Source: Candidatus Lustribacter sp. (lineage in GTDB: Bacteria > Vulcanimicrobiota > Vulcanimicrobiia > Vulcanimicrobiales > Vulcanimicrobiaceae). Taken from it: a stretch of 64,000 nucleotides of DNA. Numbering within the stretch: position 1 is the first letter of the stretch; each line of letters opens with the position of its first letter. Of this stretch, positions 41,857 to 51,289 are shown piece after piece. The translations under genes were made by a program, and so were the position numbers. The DNA is taken from contig OZ255842.1 in assembly GCA_965277805.1 (NCBI GenBank), positions 3,904,001 to 3,968,000 on the forward strand. The letters run 5' to 3'. The notes under the pieces are model-generated. The model had not been told where the DNA came from. It ran no database searches and saw nothing but the letters and a program-made list of their open reading frames with translations.

Positions 41857-41921
41857 TTGGCAGTTCTGGCACCCGAGTGCCAGCACCAGCCAGATTAGCA
41901 GACTCGGGGCTAGAGTGCAAG
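41857..41921. promoter_or_regulatory. Two tandem CIRCE-like operators upstream of groES
   Basis: TTGGCAGTT-N9-GAGTGCCAG (41857-41883) and TTAGCAGAC-N9-GAGTGCAAG (41895-41921). Confidence 0.75.
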
Positions 41922-41983
41922 AGGCAATTTTGCGATTCTGGGTCCTGCCGGAGCGCCGGAGGGCGCGCGAGAACTGCCCGGAT

Positions 41984-42448
41984 ATGACACGACCGCTCGT
42001 TTCGCGCGAATGGCTGACCGCCGGGATCTGCGCCGGCCTGGTTTCCGGCATCACGCTGGCGGCCTTCGCGGCCTTCGCGGAGATTCGGGCCGGCTTGCCC
42101 GTGAGCACGACCTACGCGTTCCTGGCTTCGGCCGTCGGCGGGTCCGCCCTGGGAGACGGGCCCTCGGCCGTCCCCTGGGGGGTGGCCGTCCTTTTCGCCG
42201 GCACGATTCTGTGGGCGTTCGGCTACGTCTATGCCGCCCGGCACCAGTCGCAGCTGCTGACCCGGCCGTTGATCTCGGGCGCAGGCTTCGGCGTGATCGT
42301 CTGGTTCGTGATGCAAGTCGTGCTCGTGGGCGCCGGCCACTTCACCCCGCCGAACATCTACACGTTCGACCGCGACATGGTCGGCTTTATCTTGTTCTTC
42401 GGAATCCCGCTCGCGCTCACGGCCTCACGGTTGCTGCGCACGCGGTGA
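41984..42448 (+). CDS. Hypothetical membrane protein (about 4 TM)
   Basis: Hydrophobic segments. The stop overlaps the alr GTG (GTGA). Confidence 0.7.
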   Translation: MTRPLVSREWLTAGICAGLVSGITLAAFAAFAEIRAGLPVSTTYAFLASAVGGSALGDGPSAVPWGVAVLFAGTILWAFGYVYAARHQSQLLTRPLISGAGFGVIVWFVMQVVLVGAGHFTPPNIYTFDRDMVGFILFFGIPLALTASRLLRTR

Positions 42449-43563
42449 TCGCCGAGCTGCGGATCGATCTCGGCGCGATCGTTCGCAATGTCGATGCGCT
42501 GGCCGCGCTGACGGCGCCCGCGCGGGTCGTGCCGGTAATCAAATCCAACGCCTACGGCCACGGCCTGGTCGAAGTCGCGCGCGCGCTCGACGGACGCGTG
42601 CCGCGCCTCGCGGTCTACGAGCTCGACGAAGCGCTCGCGCTGCGCGAAGCGAACGTGACGTCCCCGATCCACGTGCTGGGGCCGATCCGCGCGCCGAACC
42701 TCGCTGCCGCGCACGCCGCCGGCGTCGAGATCACGCTGTGGGACGGCGGCTCCTACCTCGACGACGTCACCGACGCAGCGCACGCTGCCGGCGCGCCGTT
42801 CCGCGTTCACGCCAAGATCGACACCGGCGTTGCGCGCTTGGGCATGCGCGTCGCCGATGCCCCGGCGCGGCTGGCGCGCTACGCCGCGCACCCGTCGCTC
42901 GAGCTCGCCGGCGTCTTCTCGCACCTCGCCGCAGCCGAAGAACTCGACTCGACGTTTACGCGCGAGCAGCTCGACGCGTTCGCAACCGCGACGCGTCAGG
43001 TCGATCCCCGCGTCGAGCGGCACATCGCCGCCACCGCGGCCGCGATGCTGTGGCCCGAAACGCGCCTGGATGCCGTACGCACCGGCATCGGCATTTACGG
43101 CTTGTGGCCGTCGCCTGAGACGGAACGCACGATGCGCGATCGCGGCTTCACACTCAAGCCCGCGCTCGAGTGGCGGACGCGGCTCGTGATCGTGCACGAC
43201 GTTCCCGCGCACACGCCGGTCGGCTACGGCTGCGCCTATCACACCAAACGGCCCTCGCGCATCGGCGTCCTGCCGATCGGCTATGCCGAGGGTTTAGCGC
43301 GCAATGCGGGCGAGCACGGCCACGTCTTGATCGTCGGTCAACGCTGCCGCATCGTGGGCCGCGTATGCATGAACATGACGTTCGTCGATTGCACCGATGC
43401 GCCCGACGCGGGACCCGGCAGCATCGTCACGCTGATCGGCACCGACGGTCATGCCGCGATCGGCGCCGACGAACTGGCCGCCGCGACCGGAACGATCGCT
43501 TACGAAACCGTCGCGCGCCTGCCCGCGCACGTCCCGCGCACCTACCTCGTCGCCGCGCCCTGA
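42445..43563 (+). CDS. alr: Alanine racemase
   Basis: VIKSNAYGHG, KIDTGVARLG, VGYG, PIGYAEG, GRVCMN and GTIAYE. Confidence 0.95.
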   Translation: MIAELRIDLGAIVRNVDALAALTAPARVVPVIKSNAYGHGLVEVARALDGRVPRLAVYELDEALALREANVTSPIHVLGPIRAPNLAAAHAAGVEITLWDGGSYLDDVTDAAHAAGAPFRVHAKIDTGVARLGMRVADAPARLARYAAHPSLELAGVFSHLAAAEELDSTFTREQLDAFATATRQVDPRVERHIAATAAAMLWPETRLDAVRTGIGIYGLWPSPETERTMRDRGFTLKPALEWRTRLVIVHDVPAHTPVGYGCAYHTKRPSRIGVLPIGYAEGLARNAGEHGHVLIVGQRCRIVGRVCMNMTFVDCTDAPDAGPGSIVTLIGTDGHAAIGADELAAATGTIAYETVARLPAHVPRTYLVAAP

Positions 43564-44976
43564 TCAGGCGTCGGGAACGCCCAACGCGAGGAGCGGCTCG
43601 CCGAGCTCGACGGCCCGGTTGCGGCCGCCTTCTTTGGCGTGATAGAGCGCGCGGTCGGCAACGGCCATGAGATCGCCCGCGCTGGTGCCGGCCGCGTTGC
43701 GCGTCGCGCTGACCCCGACGCTGATCGACACGAGCGGGTGCGCAGCCCCGGAACCGGACGGTATTGCGGCTGCATAGACGGCCGCGCGCATGCGTTCGGC
43801 GACAACGAGCGCGCCCGCCAGATCGACGTCGGGCAAGATCACGGCCATCTCTTCGCCGCCGATGCGTGCGACCAGATCCAGCGCGCGCGTGGCGTTCTTC
43901 AGCAACGCGCCGGCGATCGTTCGCAAGCAATCGTCGCCGCCTTGATGACCGAACGTATCGTTGTACGCCTTGAAGTTATCGACGTCGATCATCAACAGCG
44001 CCAGCGGCTGCGAGTCGCGCGCACAATCGCGCAGCATGTCGCTGAAACGCTGATCGAAGCTGCGGCGATTCGCGAGATTGGTCAGCACGTCGGTGAGCGA
44101 TTCGTTGCGCAGGCGTTCCGCCGTCACCGCGAGCTGTGCGTAGATCGTCGCCGTTTGGAACAGCAGCACGCAAAGCACCGCGCTGGCCGCCAGCACGATG
44201 CTCACGCGTGAGGCATACCAGCCGGCGGTGAACTGGCGCGCGAAATGCTGCAGCGTAACGTCGGCAAACATCGACAGACACGCGACGGCGAGCCACAGAT
44301 CGAGCAGCGAGCGAAAGCGGCTGGTCCGGTACGCGAGCACCATCGCCGCGAGCGCGGCCAAGCTCATCACCGTGCTGATCACGTTGAAGAGCCGCGTGAA
44401 CGCACCGTTGTTCGAGAGCACCGGAAGGCCGTCGATCCAGATCAGCGGGGGCACGGTCAGCGCGATGAAAGCGATTGCGCCCCACAGCATTCGGGATTGG
44501 AAGCGGCGGAAGGCGTCGACCGAAAACTCACTCTGATCCTGCCCGCGCGCGATGTAATACGCGATCGCGGAGCAGACGAAGAGGGCATGCCACTCGACCC
44601 ATAACCAACCCGAGGTTTGCGAATCGGCGGACACCCACTGGATGAGTTGGGGCCACAGGCCGCGGTAGAACAACAAATAGGGTATCATCGCCACCGCGGT
44701 TAGCTCATAACCGAGCGCGAGGATGGTGAGCGGGACCGACCGCGTTACGCGCGACTGCGCCCACAGCAGCAACGACGTGATCGCGATGGAAGAAATCGAG
44801 AGCGCCATGACGATCGCAAAGATCGGATACGACGTTCCGAGCGGACGCGAGATTTCGGGAATGACCAGCAGCACGCCGGCCACCAGCACGGCCGCCACAA
44901 CGAGCGCGCTCCGCCGATCGGCGCCCGTCGACGGTGCCTCGGCGAGATCCACCATTGCGATGCTGAGACCGTTCAC
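43564..44976 (-). CDS. Membrane (MASE4-like) GGDEF diguanylate cyclase
   Basis: Multi-TM N-terminus. TDVLTNLANRR, DVDNFKAYNDTFGHQGGD, I-site RALD and active-site GGEEM. Confidence 0.9.
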   Translation of the reverse strand: MNGLSIAMVDLAEAPSTGADRRSALVVAAVLVAGVLLVIPEISRPLGTSYPIFAIVMALSISSIAITSLLLWAQSRVTRSVPLTILALGYELTAVAMIPYLLFYRGLWPQLIQWVSADSQTSGWLWVEWHALFVCSAIAYYIARGQDQSEFSVDAFRRFQSRMLWGAIAFIALTVPPLIWIDGLPVLSNNGAFTRLFNVISTVMSLAALAAMVLAYRTSRFRSLLDLWLAVACLSMFADVTLQHFARQFTAGWYASRVSIVLAASAVLCVLLFQTATIYAQLAVTAERLRNESLTDVLTNLANRRSFDQRFSDMLRDCARDSQPLALLMIDVDNFKAYNDTFGHQGGDDCLRTIAGALLKNATRALDLVARIGGEEMAVILPDVDLAGALVVAERMRAAVYAAAIPSGSGAAHPLVSISVGVSATRNAAGTSAGDLMAVADRALYHAKEGGRNRAVELGEPLLALGVPDA

Positions 44977-44980
44977 GCGT

Positions 44981-46081
44981 TCATCGAACCGTGGCTAAAA
45001 GCAAGTCTTTGGCCCCGTCCGCGACGTTCACCGTGCGCGGCAGTTTGAAATCGCCCGGACGAACGCTGTAGGCCTGGGGGTTGCGCGGCTCCGGCGGTTC
45101 GACGCCTTGCATCAATTGCTTCGCCCGCGTCAAGAGGCGTTTGCGCAACGCGATGATCGCTTTGTCGGAACTCGTGAGGTATTCGCGGCTACGATCAGCG
45201 ATCGTGCCGTAACCGCCCTGGTCCTGCGTCATGGCGAGGTCTTGCGCGACGATCGACTTGATGCCGGTAAAGCTCGCGCGGCGCTGTTCGTCGCGATCGA
45301 TCAGGTAATCGTTCTCGTAGTCTTCTTTGGTCGAGAACGTTCCCGGCACGAGCTCGGGCACGGTCACGCCGTCCTCGAGCACCGCGCGTTCCGCTGGGCT
45401 GATCGGGTGATCGGCGTTCGACCAAATGCGAAAGTGCAGCGTGTGGTCGTCATCGACCGGTACGCGCACTTGCGTCAACACCGGCGTGTCCGGCGGCGCC
45501 GCGATCAGCACCGTGTACGGCATCAAATACTGGTTGACGCGCCAGTGAAACGTGTCTGCGCCCGCATCGCGCTGCGCGGAGAGCATCAAGCCGTAATCGG
45601 TCACCGCCGTAAACCAGCGCGGCTGGCGGTCGGCGAACACGGTCGCATCGACGCGTCCACCGGGGATCGGCTTCCCATCCTGCCGGCTGTGCAGAAACGA
45701 GACGTGACTCGAATCGACGTCGCCCTCTTGCATCTGCGCGTAGTTGCCGCGCGCGATCATCTTCGTGATCGAACGGTGATCGGCGGGCACGGCAAACGCT
45801 TCGATGGCCGGGAACTCCGGCATCAAATCCGGCGGCCCCATGAACGCCCAGATCAAACCGCCGCGTTCCAGCGCCGGATACGACGGCACGCCGGCCGTGC
45901 CGTTCGCATCGCGAAACGCGACGAGGTCCTCACCGAGAATGCGCGCGCGGACCGGCGGAGCATCCGGAGCGCCGAGTTCGGATGCCAGCATGATGGGCGT
46001 CCAAAAGCGACGGAAGAGCTCGCCCATCGGCGTTTTCGGTCCGGTGCGAACCAGCAACTCGTTGTCTGCTTTGGTGAGCAT
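44981..46081 (-). CDS. Rieske-oxygenase-family protein (LigXa/phthalate dioxygenase-like) lacking the Rieske cluster segment; possible pseudogene
   Basis: TGPKTPMGELFRRFW, LGEDLVAFRD, DSSHVSFLH, AQD and EYLTSSDKAI are present, but there is no CxH...CxxH and the ORF has no Cys. Confidence 0.75.
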   Translation of the reverse strand: MLTKADNELLVRTGPKTPMGELFRRFWTPIMLASELGAPDAPPVRARILGEDLVAFRDANGTAGVPSYPALERGGLIWAFMGPPDLMPEFPAIEAFAVPADHRSITKMIARGNYAQMQEGDVDSSHVSFLHSRQDGKPIPGGRVDATVFADRQPRWFTAVTDYGLMLSAQRDAGADTFHWRVNQYLMPYTVLIAAPPDTPVLTQVRVPVDDDHTLHFRIWSNADHPISPAERAVLEDGVTVPELVPGTFSTKEDYENDYLIDRDEQRRASFTGIKSIVAQDLAMTQDQGGYGTIADRSREYLTSSDKAIIALRKRLLTRAKQLMQGVEPPEPRNPQAYSVRPGDFKLPRTVNVADGAKDLLLATVR

Positions 46082-46117
46082 CGTTGGTGATTTGTCCCCC
46101 GAATTGCGGGGAAATCC

Positions 46118-46849
46118 CTAGGTCAGAGCGTTAAGAGCCGTACGTAAATCGAGCGTGCCTTCGTAAAGAGCCCGGCCGATGATCGCGGCGTCGACGTTCG
46201 CCGGGGTTCCGTCGCGCAGCGCGAGCAGGTCGGCCAGCGTCTTCGCGCCGCCGCTGGCGGTGATCCCGACCGGCGCGAGGCCGGCGACGTGCGCCAGCGC
46301 CGCGACGTCGTAACCGGAACCCATCCCGTCGCGCGCGATCTCGGTATACACGATGCGGCGCACGCCCCAGGCGGCAACGTCGCGTACCAGATCGTCGCGC
46401 AGGATGCCGGCGTCTTTCTGCCAGCCGCGCGTCGCGACGCGGTCGCCGCGTGCGTCGATGCCGGCCACGATCCGCTCGCCGAACGCCGCCACGATTGCCC
46501 GCGCGACGTCGGGCTCTTCGATCAGGATCGTGCCGAGGACGACGGCCGCCGCGCCCGCGTCGATCCGCGCCTGCACGTCGGCCGCCGTACGGACGCCGCC
46601 GCCGGTTTGCACCGGCACGTCGACCGACCCGCAAATCGCGCGCAATGCGGCCGCGTTTTCGCCCGAACCGAACGCGCCGTCGAGATCCACCACGTGCAGC
46701 GCCGTCGCACCCGACGCGACGAACGCGCGCGCACGCGCGACCGGATCGTCGTCGTAACGCGTTTCGCGCGACGGATCGCCGCGTTCGAGGCGCACGCATT
46801 TGCCGGCGCGCAGATCGATCGCCGGGAACAACCGCAACGCGTGCGTCAC
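46118..46849 (-). CDS. hisA: ProFAR isomerase
   Basis: PAIDLRAGKCVRL, LHVVDLDGA, QTGGGVR, ASGG and IIGRALY. Confidence 0.95.
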   Translation of the reverse strand: MTHALRLFPAIDLRAGKCVRLERGDPSRETRYDDDPVARARAFVASGATALHVVDLDGAFGSGENAAALRAICGSVDVPVQTGGGVRTAADVQARIDAGAAAVVLGTILIEEPDVARAIVAAFGERIVAGIDARGDRVATRGWQKDAGILRDDLVRDVAAWGVRRIVYTEIARDGMGSGYDVAALAHVAGLAPVGITASGGAKTLADLLALRDGTPANVDAAIIGRALYEGTLDLRTALNALT

Positions 46850-47466
46850 AATGCTAGCGCAAGAAAATTATCGAGCAGCACCGCTCCCGTGCGCTGACTC
46901 TTCTCGGGATGGAACTGCGTCGCCATCACGTTGTCGCGCGCGACGATCGCCGCAAACCGGCCGCCGTAATCGGCGCTCGCCACCATCGCGTCGCTGTCGG
47001 CCACGCGGTAGGAGTGCAGGAAGTACGCGAACTCGCCGCCGTGCAGTCCCGCCGTGAACGGATGCCGGCGCTCGATGCGCAGGTCGTTCCAGCCCATGTG
47101 CGGCACGCGCGGCGCGCCTTCGAACCGGCGCACGTGACCGTTGAAGATTCCCAAACCGGCGTCGTCGCCGAACTCATCGCTCGTTTCGAACAGCACTTGC
47201 ATGCCGACGCAAATACCGAGAAACGGTTTGCCGGCGGCAACGACTTCGCGCACCGCGCGATCGAGATGCCGTTCGCGCAGCGCCGTCATCGTGGCGCCGA
47301 ACGCGCCGTCGCCGGGCAAAATTGCAGCGTCGGCCGCGACGACGCGCTTGGGGTCTTCCGTCAACTCGAAGGCAACGCCGCGCCGTTCGAGCGCTGCGAC
47401 GAGCGAGCCGATGTTGCCGCCGCCATAATCCAGCACGGCGAGCCGCTTGCGTCCCTGGGGTTCCAT
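46846..47466 (-). CDS. hisH: Imidazole glycerol phosphate synthase glutaminase subunit
   Basis: DYGGGNIGS, LGICVGMQ, VPHMGWN, YFLHSY and QFHPEKS. Confidence 0.96.
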   Translation of the reverse strand: MEPQGRKRLAVLDYGGGNIGSLVAALERRGVAFELTEDPKRVVAADAAILPGDGAFGATMTALRERHLDRAVREVVAAGKPFLGICVGMQVLFETSDEFGDDAGLGIFNGHVRRFEGAPRVPHMGWNDLRIERRHPFTAGLHGGEFAYFLHSYRVADSDAMVASADYGGRFAAIVARDNVMATQFHPEKSQRTGAVLLDNFLALAL

Positions 47467-47505
47467 TGGCGCATCATTTCACGCGCCGGTGGGGAAACAC
47501 CCGGC

Positions 47506-48648
47506 ATGATGTCGTCGCTGCGCATGCTCCTCGCGCTCACCGTGCTCGCTTTTCTTGCCCCCGCCAGCGTGCGAGCCGCGGCCGCGCCCGTCGGGTTGAC
47601 CGTCCCGGCCGGCTTCACGATCGAGCGGATTGCGACCGTCGAGGGCGGCCGCGAACTCGCTGTCGCTCCCAACGGCGACCTGTTCGTGGCGACATCCGGA
47701 AGCACGGTCGACATCGTCGCCGATGCCGAAGGCAACGCGGCGCCGGCCAAAGCGTTCACGCAGATCACCGACCATCCGGTTGCGGGCGTCACGATCGACG
47801 GCGACCGGATGTATCTCGGCGCGCAGTTCGGCGTGTACGAATTGCCCTATCACGCCGGCGACCGCGCACCGTCGGCGCCACCGCGCAAGATTGCTTCGGT
47901 GCGTACGAGCGGCGCATCGGGCGCGCACGTGACGACCACCGTCGCAGTAGCGAAGGACCATCTCTACGCGAGCGTCGGCTCGTCGTGCAACAACTGCAAT
48001 CCGGATATCGACGCGACGCGCGCGACCGTGCAAGAGATGAACCTCGACGGCAGCGGCATGACGGCCAAAGCGCGCCACGTGCGCAACGCAATCGCGCTCG
48101 CGGTCAATCCGCAGACCGGCACGTTGTGGATCGGCGTCGCGGGTCAAGACGAGTTGCCCAAAGGCCATCCGTACGAGATGTTCGACCCGCTCACGCTGCA
48201 TGCGGGCGTGGCCGACTACGGCTGGCCGTTCTGCTATGAAAATCATCAGGCCGTGGACGGTCACGACTGTTCAACGCAGACGGTTCCGCGCGTCGTCTTT
48301 CCGGCTTACGAAACGCCGATCGGCGCGGTGTTCTACCCGCTCCATCCGGCCGGCGCGCACGCCTTTCCCGAGGCCTACCGCGGCGGCGCGTTCGTGACGC
48401 TGCACGGCTCGTGGCACGCGCCGCCGGTTCCACCCCGCGTCGTGTTCGTGCCGATGAACGGCGACGATCCGAAGACGGCGGTCGACTGGAACGATCCGTC
48501 CGCTCAGTGGAAAGACTTCGTCAACGGCTGGCAACTCGCCGACGGCCGCCGTCGCGCGCGCCCAACGGGCATCGCCGTTGCGCCCGACGGCAGCCTCTTC
48601 GTCAGCGACGATCTCGACGGCGGGATCTATCGCATCCGCCCGCGCTGA
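47506..48648 (+). CDS. Exported PQQ-dependent sugar/sorbosone dehydrogenase-like beta-propeller
   Basis: Signal peptide. LYASVGSSCN, RNAIAL, YGWPFC, LHGSW and RPTGIAVAPDGSLFVSDD. Confidence 0.85.
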   Translation: MMSSLRMLLALTVLAFLAPASVRAAAAPVGLTVPAGFTIERIATVEGGRELAVAPNGDLFVATSGSTVDIVADAEGNAAPAKAFTQITDHPVAGVTIDGDRMYLGAQFGVYELPYHAGDRAPSAPPRKIASVRTSGASGAHVTTTVAVAKDHLYASVGSSCNNCNPDIDATRATVQEMNLDGSGMTAKARHVRNAIALAVNPQTGTLWIGVAGQDELPKGHPYEMFDPLTLHAGVADYGWPFCYENHQAVDGHDCSTQTVPRVVFPAYETPIGAVFYPLHPAGAHAFPEAYRGGAFVTLHGSWHAPPVPPRVVFVPMNGDDPKTAVDWNDPSAQWKDFVNGWQLADGRRRARPTGIAVAPDGSLFVSDDLDGGIYRIRPR

Positions 48649-48654
48649 CACGCG

Positions 48655-48680
48655 TGTCATCCCGAGCTTGTCGAGGGACA
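48655..48680 (+). repeat. REP-like repeat, copy 4
   Basis: TGTCATCCCGAGCTTGTCGAGGGACA between convergent genes. Confidence 0.85.
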
Positions 48681-48681
48681 G

Positions 48682-49269
48682 CTACTCGAGCAGACCTTTA
48701 GTGGAGAGGATTTCGTCGCTGCCGGTTAGGGTTTTGGCTTGGGCGAAGGCTTTGGCGAACGCTTTGAACGAGGCTTCGCACAAGTGGTGGGCGACGTCGC
48801 CGTTCATCTGGATCAAGTGCAGGTTGAACTTGCCGTTGTCGACGACGGCGCGAAAGAATTCGCGGATCATCTCGGTCTTGAAGTCGCCGAGGTTTTCCAC
48901 GCCGTCGAACCGCACGCTGAAGTTCAGGTAGCTGCGGCCGGAAAGGTCGATGCTGCCGGCGACGAGGGCGTCGTCGAGCGGCACCATCATCGAACCATAA
49001 CGCGCGATGCCGCGCTTCTCGCCCAGCGCTTCGTAGATCGCCTTGCCGAGCGCGATGCCGACGTCTTCGATCAGATGGTGGTTGTCGAGCCCGTCACCAC
49101 GCGCGACGAGCTGCAGCGCGCAGCCCGAGTGACGCGCGAACGCGTCGAGCATGTGGTCGAGAAACTTGACGTCGGTGTCGATCTCGATCGGGCCGCCGTC
49201 AAGACCGAGGCGCAGATCAATCTGCGTCTCTTTGGTCGTGCGTTCGACGACGGCCCGGCGGTTACTCAG
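48682..49269 (-). CDS. hisB: Imidazoleglycerol-phosphate dehydratase (probable CTG start)
   Basis: RTTKETQI, FLDHML, DNHHLIEDVGI, HHLCEASFKA and STKGLL. Confidence 0.95.
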   Translation of the reverse strand: MSNRRAVVERTTKETQIDLRLGLDGGPIEIDTDVKFLDHMLDAFARHSGCALQLVARGDGLDNHHLIEDVGIALGKAIYEALGEKRGIARYGSMMVPLDDALVAGSIDLSGRSYLNFSVRFDGVENLGDFKTEMIREFFRAVVDNGKFNLHLIQMNGDVAHHLCEASFKAFAKAFAQAKTLTGSDEILSTKGLLE

Positions 49270-50435
49270 GAGCGCGCGCTGCCGGCCGGTTCGCGTCCGC
49301 GTTCGGCGATCGGCTCGAACGGGTGCACTTCCGGCCCAGTGTAAGTGACTTGCGGGCGGATCAGGCGATTGTTGGCGTACTGCTCGAGCACGTGCGCGCA
49401 CCAGCCGGCCATACGCGAGCACGCGAACATGCACGTGTATTCATCGCTCGGGATGCCGAGCGCGCCGAGTGCCGGCGCCGTGTAGAAGTCGACGTTGGCG
49501 AAAATCCGCGCTTGCGGTTTTTCTTCGGCGATGACTTTGTTCCACGCATCTTCGAGCGCCCGCGCGATTGCGTAGCTGCCGCCGCCGTTGTTGAGGCGTT
49601 TGGCGGTTTCTTCGAGATGCTTCGCACGCGGATCGCGCACCTTGTATTCGCGGTGACCCATGCCCATCAGGCGGCCTTTGCGCTTGATGAGATCGCGCAC
49701 CCACTGCTCGGCCTTGTCGGGCGAACCGACGTCGACGAGCGAGTCTTGCACTTGGCTCGGCGCGCCGCCGTGCAGTTCGCCGGTCAGCGTGGCGAGGGCC
49801 GCGGTGATCGCACAGTAGAGGTCGGCGTTGGTCGAGGCCGTGACGCGGGCCGAGAAGGTCGAGGCGTTGTAGCCGTGGTCGACGAGCAGCACGTAGTACT
49901 GGTCGAGCGCTTTGGCGTTTTCGGCCGTCGGCTCTTTGCCGGTCTTCATGTAGAGGAAGTTCGCGGCGGTGCCGAGCTTCGGATGCGGCGCAATCGGCTC
50001 GAGGCCTTGGCGCAGACGGTCCCAGGCGGCCACGATCGTGGTGGTCTTCGCCACCAAGCTCAGCGCGGCGTCGACGTCGGAGGCGTGCACGCCGGACGGC
50101 TTGTGCGGCAGCGGCAGCGAGAGCGACGAGACGGCCGTACGCAGCACGTCCATCGGCCATGCATCGCGCGGCAAGGCTCGCAACAGGGCCAGCGTCGCTT
50201 CGGGAAGCGCCCGCAGGGAGCTCAACTTCGCTTCGAGCGCCGCCAGCTCGGCGGCCGTCGGCAGCTTCCCATGGAGCATGAGGGAGACGACCTCTTCGTA
50301 CGTCGCCTTCGGAGCAAGATCGTCGATGTCGTATCCGCGGAACGTTAACCGCCCGACTTCACCCTCGACGTTAGAGAGGACGGTTTCACCAACGTTGACG
50401 CCCTCGAGACCACGATCAACTACAATTCCAGGCAT
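49266..50435 (-). CDS. Citrate synthase / 2-methylcitrate synthase family
   Basis: GLEGV, DHGYNASTF, LHGGA, MGMGHREYKVRDPR, NVDFY and RLIRP. Confidence 0.92.
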   Translation of the reverse strand: MPGIVVDRGLEGVNVGETVLSNVEGEVGRLTFRGYDIDDLAPKATYEEVVSLMLHGKLPTAAELAALEAKLSSLRALPEATLALLRALPRDAWPMDVLRTAVSSLSLPLPHKPSGVHASDVDAALSLVAKTTTIVAAWDRLRQGLEPIAPHPKLGTAANFLYMKTGKEPTAENAKALDQYYVLLVDHGYNASTFSARVTASTNADLYCAITAALATLTGELHGGAPSQVQDSLVDVGSPDKAEQWVRDLIKRKGRLMGMGHREYKVRDPRAKHLEETAKRLNNGGGSYAIARALEDAWNKVIAEEKPQARIFANVDFYTAPALGALGIPSDEYTCMFACSRMAGWCAHVLEQYANNRLIRPQVTYTGPEVHPFEPIAERGREPAGSARS

Positions 50436-50506
50436 AAGATTTTGGCACTTCCAAGAAGCCGGGTCCGCCGCCTTCTGGCTTTTGTCGGGTCAACCGATGA
50501 TGTGGC

Positions 50507-51289
50507 TCATAATGCCTTCGCGGACTTGTCGGCGGTCGCGGCAAGCGTTAAGTTACCGGCGGCGAGGAACGCGCGGGCCGCGCTCGAGTAGCCGCGCTGG
50601 ATGATCGCGGGATCGTCGGCACTCTCGGCCAGCAGCAGATACATCTTCCCGGCCAGGCGCCGAAATTTGTTCCCGATGTCGGGGTTGGCGACGGTTAACG
50701 CCAGAACGGCAGCGCGCTCATAGGCTTGTGCCGCGTCTTCGAACGCACGCCGCTCTTCGGCGACCTCCGCGACTTGCACGAAGCTCGCGAGATTCGTGTT
50801 TTCCGGCGTTGCCGCCGGCCGCGGCGGCGCCTGCGCAACGACGCCGGAGGAATCGTCGGCGAGGAGCCGGCGCCAGCGCAGCTGCTGGCGCACGCTCGCA
50901 GTGAGCGGCGCGGGCTCAAAGGGCTTCGTTAGAAAATCTTGCACGCCGGCCGCGAGTGCGGCGATTTTGTCTTCGGCCTTCGAGCGGCTGGTCAGCATCA
51001 CGATCGGGATTGCGGCCGTGAACGGATCGGCTTTGAGCCGGATCGCCGCGTCGTGGCCGTCCAGCTCGGGCATCATCCAATCGATGATGATCAAGTCGGG
51101 GCGGAACTCGAGCGCGCGCGCGTGGCCGACCAAGCCGTTCGGTGCCTCGATCACGGCAAAGCCCTCATTTTCGAGGACGTGCCTCACGAGCGTCCGCACC
51201 CCGTCGTCGTCGTCGACGATCAGGATACGTCCCGTATCGGTCGACTCCGCGTCGCGGACGAGTTGCTGGACGGTCGCGGTCTCGTTCAT
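50507..51289 (-). CDS. Response regulator (REC plus helical/TPR-like C-terminus)
   Basis: ILIVDDD, IIDWMMPELDG, MLTS and DFLTKPF. The ATG overlaps the GT2 stop (ATGA). Confidence 0.88.
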   Translation of the reverse strand: MNETATVQQLVRDAESTDTGRILIVDDDDGVRTLVRHVLENEGFAVIEAPNGLVGHARALEFRPDLIIIDWMMPELDGHDAAIRLKADPFTAAIPIVMLTSRSKAEDKIAALAAGVQDFLTKPFEPAPLTASVRQQLRWRRLLADDSSGVVAQAPPRPAATPENTNLASFVQVAEVAEERRAFEDAAQAYERAAVLALTVANPDIGNKFRRLAGKMYLLLAESADDPAIIQRGYSSAARAFLAAGNLTLAATADKSAKAL

